DNA of 64,000 bases from contig JASGVS010000010.1 of the NCBI GenBank assembly GCA_030054835.1, positions 10,276 to 74,275 on the forward strand, in the 5' to 3' direction. The translations under genes were made by a program, and so were the position numbers. Source of the stretch: Bacillota bacterium (GTDB taxonomy: Bacteria; Bacillota; Limnochordia; Darwinibacteriales; Darwinibacteriaceae). The notes below the pieces were generated by a model. It worked only from the letters and a program-made list of their open reading frames with translations. It had not been told where the DNA came from and did not search any database. Positions 57,519-64,000 of this stretch are shown piece by piece. The stretch's first letter is position 1. Every line of letters starts with the position of its first letter.

Positions 57519-58787
57519 TTACAAAAGACCAAGTACGGACAGTACGTTGGCCAGCACGCCAACCAAAATGGCTGCGATGGGTCCAACTGCCATCCTTACA
57601 ACGGGCGTACCGGCGATTTCGTTTAAGATGTAAAGACCGGCCACCGTGAAGAAACCCAAACCGGGAGCAATGGCGTTGGCTGCATTCATACCGCCAACCA
57701 ACAGGGCGATCTCCAGCAGCTTGCTCATGGCGTTCCGGATGTTATCCCCAGCATTTCTAATACCGGGGTATTTATCCAAGGAAGCACCCAAGCGCTCCAG
57801 CAACAGGACTTCTACGCCCATTACGGCTGCACCTACCACAAGAGCCAAAATTGGTGTGCGGATGAAAAGACCAACTGCAAAGACCAGAGTCATTCCCACC
57901 GGTCCGTAGACGCCTGTGGCGATGGCGGTGGAGGCAATGAGGGGGATAAACCCAATACCCCTAGCCAAAGCGGCTAGGCCTGCATCAATGTAGTTGCCCT
58001 CTGCTGCCAGGTTCAAGGAAATGGGGTCACCGGCGATAATCCCATAGGATGTGGCAGCAGCGACCAAACCACCCATGACCATGAGGGGAATGATGTTGCT
58101 CTTAATGCGCTTCACACGCTCGCCAAAGACGGAGGCCAAATCGACGCCGTCTTCCTCCCCTTTCTCCCGGGCAGCAAAGAAGATCAAAACCAGCATACCG
58201 ACGATCAGGGCCATACCTTCTGCGTTAAGTGTAACGGTGGCCGAGCCGATGCTGATTGCGCCGATCATGACTGTAAGCTGCCTGGCGAGAATGGAAAGGA
58301 CCAAGTTGATAATACCCTTCCGTACGCCGAACTGATAGGCGGTAGCCAATGCCGGGAATACGGCAAAGGCCGCCACGATGGGCGTACCAACTGCGCCAAG
58401 GTTGTCCATAACGTTGACAGGCAGCTTCTGGAATACGTTGACAATAGCTTCTAAGCCTACTACCAAACCGGCACCGTAAACAGCACCTACAACACCGGCA
58501 ATGATTGTACCCCGATTACCATCAGGACTGAACGAACCGATGATATCTGTTCCTAACAAAATACTGTGAATAAGAATGATGGTTGAAGTTAGCGAAAAGG
58601 GAATTCCGAACCCGATAACCAGTCCGAAACTCATGGCAAAGGATGTTGCAGCCAATTCCGCTCTGCTCATGCGGCCTTCCAAATGCTCGGGCATGATTGG
58701 CCTGAGACCGTCGTTAAACACGGCTATGCCGCGGTTAGCCATAATGGCGGCCAAGGCACTTACTACCGCCGCTAATAACATCTTCAT
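57519..58787 (-). CDS. polytopic membrane protein (YhfT-like putative transporter)
   Basis: 422 aa, 10-12 predicted transmembrane helices. Confidence 0.5.
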   Translation of the reverse strand: MKMLLAAVVSALAAIMANRGIAVFNDGLRPIMPEHLEGRMSRAELAATSFAMSFGLVIGFGIPFSLTSTIILIHSILLGTDIIGSFSPDGNRGTIIAGVVGAVYGAGLVVGLEAIVNVFQKLPVNVMDNLGAVGTPIVAAFAVFPALATAYQFGVRKGIINLVLSILARQLTVMIGAISIGSATVTLNAEGMALIVGMLVLIFFAAREKGEEDGVDLASVFGERVKRIKSNIIPLMVMGGLVAAATSYGIIAGDPISLNLAAEGNYIDAGLAALARGIGFIPLIASTAIATGVYGPVGMTLVFAVGLFIRTPILALVVGAAVMGVEVLLLERLGASLDKYPGIRNAGDNIRNAMSKLLEIALLVGGMNAANAIAPGLGFFTVAGLYILNEIAGTPVVRMAVGPIAAILVGVLANVLSVLGLL

Positions 58788-58800
58788 TTACCGTTCCTCC

Positions 58801-59199
58801 TTAATTGTCTTCCCCTTTTTTCAACAGTTCCCTCACTAGAACCGGAATGACCTGTTTGTAATGATCACCGGTAAAACCAAAGGCAACCTTGCCGGCTTTG
58901 ACCGCCTGGACAATTTCTTCCTCCTGTGGCGGGCGCCCGGGCATGGAGAGGGAAACGCACTTGTCCCGTGTCAAAAGTGCGATAGCCATGCTCAAAGCCC
59001 CACCGCCCCCGGTGTGACAAGCGCCGACATAATAGTCTGCTTTGCCCGTTTTGACATCATTGGCGGCGGCCAGATCCGACTTAACTTCCGCTGTCACCTT
59101 CCCCTCACCCAACTCCTCGATGAGGTTCTTAATGTTCTGCTTCTCCATCTGTCCCCCAACTACGATTTTCGACTTCATCACCTCCCATCCCTTATTCAA
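58801..59199 (-). CDS. small soluble protein, YhfU-like (DUF2620-like)
   Basis: 132 aa, motif GACHTGGGGALSMAIALL; position in the cluster matches yhfU. Confidence 0.4.
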   Translation of the reverse strand: MNKGWEVMKSKIVVGGQMEKQNIKNLIEELGEGKVTAEVKSDLAAANDVKTGKADYYVGACHTGGGGALSMAIALLTRDKCVSLSMPGRPPQEEEIVQAVKAGKVAFGFTGDHYKQVIPVLVRELLKKGEDN

Positions 59200-59602
59200 C
59201 GTCTTCTACTAACGCGCAAAGGTGCAGCGCTAAAAAATCCTTTTCTGTCTGGGGCAGAGTTATCTGCAGTCTCTTTTCCAGGGGAAGGTAAAGTTCGTGC
59301 AGTTCCCGATAGGTCTGGGTCTGTTTCACCTCGGCGAAGATGTCTTCATCTATTGGCTCCAGCTCTTCGCCCCTTTTGATCCTACCCAGCGCCATGGCCA
59401 AATGGCTGACCAACATAGCCCCGTTGTCTTCAGTGATAGTCAGGGAGTACCTTTTCTCCACAGCCTGAACAAGTTCAATTACCGCATCCCTTACCGCTTC
59501 GTCAATTTCCTTGGCATTAACCAGTAGATCCAACCTAAACAACAATAGTTCGTCCATCAAGGTACCCCCTGCACTAATACTTTGGAATGATGCTGCCGGC
59601 AA
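59192..59602 (-). CDS. PRD-domain-like small regulator (YhfY-like)
   Basis: 136 aa, helical, with a conserved His in LVSHLAMAL and LALHLCAL reminiscent of PRD phosphorylation sites. Confidence 0.45.
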   Translation of the reverse strand: MPAASFQSISAGGTLMDELLLFRLDLLVNAKEIDEAVRDAVIELVQAVEKRYSLTITEDNGAMLVSHLAMALGRIKRGEELEPIDEDIFAEVKQTQTYRELHELYLPLEKRLQITLPQTEKDFLALHLCALVEDVE

Positions 59603-60518
59603 GAACCCCTTCCTGCACAGCCGTGATCATTTCACTGTCTATTATCCTGAGCAATGTCGTCTTTATTTCCGGCCTCTCTTTGTTGATAACCAAGACTGCC
59701 GTGGCCGCTTGGGAACTGACTTCCATACTCTTGGGATTTGTGAGCTCACCTAGGTTATAATTTAGCCCCTTCTCCATAATTTCATCCTTGTTCCACACAG
59801 CCGCATCGATCTCGCCGCTTTGGAGTTTGTTGAGGATCTGGTTGTAAAATGTCTCAACATACTCCACTTCTAAACCTTCACATTCATATTTTGTCAAAAG
59901 AAACTGGTCGGGCGATTGGGGATCGAGCCCAACGCGCATACCCGGTTCGATTTTGGTGTGGGTACTGTCCCGGAAAATGACCATATGACTACCCACGTAA
60001 GTACCTGGGCTAAACAGAAACAGAACCTCAAGATTGTCATGTTTAGCCAGCTCGTACCAGACGGCCAGCTGGGAAGTCACTGCAAAGTCATAGTCGCCTG
60101 CAGCAAGGGCTTCCACCCTTTTGTCAGCCCCCCGCATAAAAGCAAGGCTGAAGGGCCATTCCTCCCCTTCGAACGCTCTGTAAAGACCCGTAGCCATTCC
60201 CTCATAGCGTTTGGAGTAAGGCAGGGGCATGACACCCCGAATTGTCCCTAGGCCCGCCACGCGCCACAACTTTTGGTAGTCAATTGCGCTGATAAATGTC
60301 CCCAAGTGGCCGCGGCTCTCCAAACTGACTGCCCCTTCAGCCTGCAGCAGTTTCAAGGCAGCTTGGACTGTTCCGCGTCCAGTCTCATACTGTTTGGCGT
60401 AATCTCCTATAGTCGAAATCCGGTCTGACGGGCCTAGGGAAATGAACTCCCGGGCCAAGAGAACGGCTACCGCTCCATTTTTAGACATGAGCTTCTTAGC
60501 AGCAAACACTAGCATCAT
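59574..60518 (-). CDS. YhfZ-like regulator (N-terminal HTH-like segment plus a substrate-binding-protein-like domain)
   Basis: 314 aa; first gene of the cluster; 29-nt overlap with the next gene. Confidence 0.5.
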   Translation of the reverse strand: MMLVFAAKKLMSKNGAVAVLLAREFISLGPSDRISTIGDYAKQYETGRGTVQAALKLLQAEGAVSLESRGHLGTFISAIDYQKLWRVAGLGTIRGVMPLPYSKRYEGMATGLYRAFEGEEWPFSLAFMRGADKRVEALAAGDYDFAVTSQLAVWYELAKHDNLEVLFLFSPGTYVGSHMVIFRDSTHTKIEPGMRVGLDPQSPDQFLLTKYECEGLEVEYVETFYNQILNKLQSGEIDAAVWNKDEIMEKGLNYNLGELTNPKSMEVSSQAATAVLVINKERPEIKTTLLRIIDSEMITAVQEGVLAGSIIPKY

Positions 60519-60541
60519 CCTTAAGATTCAAAGGCATTATA

Positions 60542-60558
60542 CAATATACCGTATATTG
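60542..60558. promoter_or_regulatory. perfect 8-1-8 palindrome CAATATAC-c-GTATATTG immediately downstream of the -10 of the cluster promoter; candidate operator
   Basis: Inverted repeat read directly from the sequence. Confidence 0.35.
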
Positions 60559-60587
60559 ATTTTACCAGATCCAGAAGTGGTTGGCAA
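60559..60587 (-). promoter_or_regulatory. sigma-A promoter TTGCCA-17-TAAAAT for the yhf-like cluster
   Basis: Read on the reverse complement: TTGCCAaccacttctggatctggTAAAAT. Confidence 0.45.
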
Positions 60588-60742
60588 TACTTCTTAGCAT
60601 TTTGTAAAAGCCCGGTTCACAAAGGGGACCAACAGATTCCACCTCACGATGGACACCCTTGCGCTTGGCTAACGGTTGGCAACTGCCAGCCCCCGTAGCG
60701 GACTTTCACCGCCAGGTTACGCGCCATGCGTGGCGCACATGA

Positions 60743-60777
60743 AAAAGCCGTATCTGCAGCAGTGTGCAGATACGGCC
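60743..60777 (-). terminator. rho-independent terminator downstream of the 5'-nucleotidase gene
   Basis: GCCGTATCTGCA-gcagtg-TGCAGATACGGC perfect 12-bp stem followed on the minus strand by TTTTT. Confidence 0.65.
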
Positions 60778-60789
60778 CATTTTAACTTA

Positions 60790-62754
60790 TTAACGATAGA
60801 TTTTCCTAGCACGCTCCTTGCGCCTACGCCTGATCCGACCAGTAATCAAGGAGGCGGTGACGCCCAAAGCAATTATCACTCCGTACACGACCAAGGAGAT
60901 TTTATTCGGGTTTTTCAAAAGGTCGATGGGATGCAAACTGAAATCTACAATTTTCCTTCCTTCAGCTTCCCTGTATTTGGCCGGAATTTCCGGCAGCCCA
61001 TCCACTTCCCCAAAGGACTGGAGGTACTGGGCAATGGCATACCATTCCTTGACCTCCCGGGGCTCGCCTTGGGAGTAATCGTAAATGATGTGTTCCTCAA
61101 AATCCTCAATTGGATTGCCGTACCTATCCTTGGGCACTAAAGACAGGAGACCAAAGGACTTGGCACTTACAGCGGGCAGCATCTGCCCCGCGTATAACCC
61201 CGCCACCACCCGATAGAGCTTGTCGTTTTCAAGCTCCACTAAACTGCCATCTGGGTTCTGCAGCTTAACAGTAGTGACCTTGTTAAAGAACAAACGCCTG
61301 GGGTTGAACTCATACCTGAGACCGGACATGTAAAGCTGGGCTGATCCCATAATAGGTGCTACGGACGCATCCACTTCACAAAGCGTCTTCAGCTCCTTTC
61401 CGGTTAAATAGACAGAAACCAGTGGATAACCGGGGACCCCATCGGCACCTATACCGAGCGAACTTACAATAAACACCTGGGAGGTGGTTATATCGCCCTC
61501 CACAAAGGAGCCGCGGATGGTACCGGCAGGGACAATGGCCACCGCTACCGGTTCGTAAGCGTCACCTTCCGCCTGTTCTACCGCGTAGATGTAGGCGTCG
61601 CTAATTAGACTACCCAAAGGCTCTTCCCTATGTTGGGCACCAATTTCAAAGGAAGGTGTGAAACTGAAAGGTGAGTGGGCCAATACCTGATCAAACTCCA
61701 GGCCAAAACGGGCTAGATACTCCGTTTCCACTATCTCTTTGTACTCGGCAATAACCCCCAATAGCTCACCGTCTTCCGCCACACTCTCGTCAATAGGCTT
61801 AAGACTGTATTCCACCAACTCCCAGCCATCCCCCTGTCTGGCCAGGCGGATAACCCCTAAGTTCATCCCGTATTCACCGCAGGATCCTATCACAGTATTG
61901 CCAACAAGCAGCGGTTCAGGCAGCAGCGTGTGGCTGTGACCAGAGACAATCACATCGATCCCAGGAACTTCCTTGGCTAACATCTCATCTTCCGTTTTGG
62001 GGCTCTTCCCGTCCGTACCTGCGTGGGAGAGGCAGATTACCAAGTCTACGCCCTCTTCGTTTCTGAGAATGTCGACAATGCGCTGGGCGGCATCCAGGTA
62101 CTCCTCAAAGGCAACCTCGGACATGGGTGCGTTAGAAGCGGCGTCCCTGCCCATTAGGCCGAAGACACCAATCTTAACGCCTTTTTTCTCCAGCACCACA
62201 TAGCTTTTCACCGGGTATCTGTGCATAGCAGTCTGAAGCTGCTCTAGGGTGGGCGTTAGGTTCCCCTCTTCATCCAGGGGAAAGAGGATGTTCGAGGCCA
62301 CTATCTGGGGTAACCGTTCCCCACTCTCCTTAGCCGCCGTTATACTCTCCGCTAAACCCTTGGCCCGAAAATCATATTCATGGTTGCCAAAAGTAACCAC
62401 ATCATAGCCCATCCTACCCATCAGACGGAGTTGGGGCGCATGGCTCGCGAAAATGGTTTGGAAAAGCGTACCCATGGAGAAATCTCCCCCGTCCAGGAGG
62501 AGCAACTCCGGATCCCGCTCTCTCTCGGCATTAATGGCTGCAAGCAGCCTGGCATAGCCACCCACAGCCGTTATCTCCCCATCCAACAGCACTGTATAGG
62601 GCAGCAGATGGTCATGGAGATCGTGGGTGAACAGGATGGTCAAACTCTCAGCCCCCGCCGCCGCTGGCGCGAACAGGATGCTGAACATAAGGAACAAAAT
62701 TAGTACGACTTTACGCGGTGATTGCCTCTTCTCCACTTTCCAACCTCTTTCCAT
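60790..62754 (-). CDS. secreted, C-terminally membrane-anchored bifunctional 5'-nucleotidase / 2',3'-cyclic phosphodiesterase-like metallophosphatase
   Basis: Signal peptide, calcineurin-like GDxxDRG-type metal motifs (HDLHDHL; GNHEYD), 5'-nucleotidase C-terminal domain, terminal TM helix plus an RRRRK stop-transfer; GAGGAG RBS before the chosen ATG. Confidence 0.8.
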   Translation of the reverse strand: MERGWKVEKRQSPRKVVLILFLMFSILFAPAAAGAESLTILFTHDLHDHLLPYTVLLDGEITAVGGYARLLAAINAERERDPELLLLDGGDFSMGTLFQTIFASHAPQLRLMGRMGYDVVTFGNHEYDFRAKGLAESITAAKESGERLPQIVASNILFPLDEEGNLTPTLEQLQTAMHRYPVKSYVVLEKKGVKIGVFGLMGRDAASNAPMSEVAFEEYLDAAQRIVDILRNEEGVDLVICLSHAGTDGKSPKTEDEMLAKEVPGIDVIVSGHSHTLLPEPLLVGNTVIGSCGEYGMNLGVIRLARQGDGWELVEYSLKPIDESVAEDGELLGVIAEYKEIVETEYLARFGLEFDQVLAHSPFSFTPSFEIGAQHREEPLGSLISDAYIYAVEQAEGDAYEPVAVAIVPAGTIRGSFVEGDITTSQVFIVSSLGIGADGVPGYPLVSVYLTGKELKTLCEVDASVAPIMGSAQLYMSGLRYEFNPRRLFFNKVTTVKLQNPDGSLVELENDKLYRVVAGLYAGQMLPAVSAKSFGLLSLVPKDRYGNPIEDFEEHIIYDYSQGEPREVKEWYAIAQYLQSFGEVDGLPEIPAKYREAEGRKIVDFSLHPIDLLKNPNKISLVVYGVIIALGVTASLITGRIRRRRKERARKIYR

Positions 62755-62786
62755 TCTTTTCTCCTCAAGCTGGTTAGTTTTCCACA

Positions 62787-64000
62787 CTAAGCCAAATGGC
62801 TGATTAAATCGTCGCGCTCACTTAAGGCGAACTGCCCCCGCTCCAGTTTCCAATACTGAACTGGGCTGTTGAGCTTACTCAGGCGTTCGAGCAGGCTGCC
62901 GTGGCAAGTTAGCACAAAGATCTGGTGCCGTTTGGCAACTTCGCTCAAAATCCCTAACGTTTCGTCCAGATGGGGCCCATCGAAATTGGCCATGGAATCG
63001 TCGATGATGATGGGCAGGGCAGGCTCAATCTCCAGAATCCGGCTTAAACGCACAGATAGATACAGCTGTTCCCGTGTTCCCCGACTCAGAATGGCTGCCC
63101 CTTGCCGATCATCCGTACCGGACAGCACTGCCTGGAAATCCTCTTCCAAAAGGTTTTTGCCAGGTTCCACCCCGTCATACTCCCCCTGGGTAATGCGGCT
63201 GAAGATGCGACCCGCACCTGCCATCAGGCTGTCCTTCATCTGATCAAGGAGAGTACGCTCCGTCTCCTGGAGGAGGAACTCGGCCGTCCGGTTCAGGGCA
63301 TATGCCTCTGCCAGGCGCCGCAGTTCGCTGCGGTTGTGATCTATTTTCTGCTTGGCCACCTCAAAGTCCCGCTGGCTGAAGAGCCGTTTCAACTCTTCCT
63401 TCACCTGCCGCTCTTCGTCCTGCAGATTCCCCAATTGGGCAGCTAGTTCGGTCCTTTTGTTTAATGCGGCGGCATGGGCACGCTCCGCTTCTTCCCCCGC
63501 AGGGAAAGGTTTGCAATGGTCCTTAAAGACTGCCAATACATCTGCCCCATCCTCGAGCTCAAAGGCTTCCCGCACCGCATCGGAGGCAAACGAGGCCCGC
63601 ACTTCCCGCTCCAGCTCAACTAGTCTAGCGGCTAGTTTCTCCGTTTCCCTGGCTCGGGCTGCTTGGACGAGGAAAAGATCAATCCCTTCATCCAATCCCG
63701 CAGCTGGAACAGAGAAACTGCTCCGCTCCATAATTTCTCCAATCTCACGTTGTTTGGCGGTCAGTTCTCGCTCCTTTCTCCGTAAAGTTTCTGCCTCAGC
63801 CAGCTTAGCCTGCCAATCCTGGACGAGGACGAACAGCAAGTTCCAGTCTTGCTCCCGCTCACCGCTGGCCTGAACAGGCAGATCGGATGCCAGTTCCGTT
63901 AGGAACTCTAGGTAACGACGGTAATCCTCATCGAGCTGCTCACCCAGGCTCACTACATCCAAGTTGAGCCTGTTCAGTTCGGTGATCTGCTCCTGCAGAC
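62787..64000 (-). CDS. SbcC/YhaN-like SMC-type ATPase, C-terminal part (the N-terminus lies beyond the window edge)
   Basis: Long coiled coil, then the ABC-type signature/Walker B/D-loop region LPIIIDDSMANFD; the reading frame stays open to position 64000. Confidence 0.6.
   Translation of the reverse strand, partial: LQEQITELNRLNLDVVSLGEQLDEDYRRYLEFLTELASDLPVQASGEREQDWNLLFVLVQDWQAKLAEAETLRRKERELTAKQREIGEIMERSSFSVPAAGLDEGIDLFLVQAARARETEKLAARLVELEREVRASFASDAVREAFELEDGADVLAVFKDHCKPFPAGEEAERAHAAALNKRTELAAQLGNLQDEERQVKEELKRLFSQRDFEVAKQKIDHNRSELRRLAEAYALNRTAEFLLQETERTLLDQMKDSLMAGAGRIFSRITQGEYDGVEPGKNLLEEDFQAVLSGTDDRQGAAILSRGTREQLYLSVRLSRILEIEPALPIIIDDSMANFDGPHLDETLGILSEVAKRHQIFVLTCHGSLLERLSKLNSPVQYWKLERGQFALSERDDLISHLA

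Noticed and set aside
1-64000. CRISPR arrays, tRNA/rRNA genes, IS elements, integrases
   Set aside because: I scanned the intergenic regions for short regularly spaced direct repeats, cloverleaf-like GC-rich 75-nt segments and transposase/integrase-like ORFs. None were found, and every intergenic region is under 270 nt.

Overview
The window is 64 kb of chromosomal DNA, most plausibly from a spore-forming Firmicute (Clostridia; Peptococcaceae/Desulfotomaculum-like by eye). Supporting signs: an alpha/beta-type SASP gene, Shine-Dalgarno GGAGG sites, roughly 55-58% GC, sigma-A-like promoters and Firmicute-style gene content. Most genes are on the minus strand, tightly packed and often translationally coupled.

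Recognisable housekeeping blocks:
- aroA-aroE-aroQ-aroK shikimate operon
- DrrAB-like ABC-2 exporter
- pntAA-pntA2-pntB transhydrogenase
- meso-DAP dehydrogenase
- CapD-like sugar dehydratase
- MATE exporter, MsrB, PFK, prolyl oligopeptidase, Hsp20, GGDEF cyclase, GalE, FapA/DUF342, Dam-like MTase
- serC / serA-like / DUF1015
- psuG-psuK pseudouridine catabolism
- 5'-nucleotidase and a partial YhaN/SbcC-like ATPase

I found no rRNA, tRNA, CRISPR array, transposase or integrase.

The parts that stand out:
1. A tight four-gene operon (about 5.0-10.8 kb): a glycine-zipper/zinc-ribbon small membrane protein, an M48-like Zn-peptidase with a C-terminal zinc ribbon, and two tandem bacterial dynamin-like GTPases. 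One of the dynamins carries a large insertion inside its GTPase domain. This is my candidate for an undescribed membrane-remodelling or defence module.
2. A PntB beta subunit carrying a tandemly duplicated NADP(H)-binding dIII domain.
3. An operon coupling an opine-dehydrogenase-like protein, a 620-aa protein with an N-terminal B12-binding DxHxxG domain, and an AmmeMemoRadiSam-type radical SAM enzyme, preceded by a promoter-plus-terminator leader.
4. A complete E. coli php-yhfSTUWXYZ-like cluster directly adjacent to psuG-psuK.
5. A Phd/YefM-Uma2 endonuclease fusion interrupted by a single in-frame TAG.

All calls rest on reading the translations and the nucleotide sequence by eye. No database searches were run.
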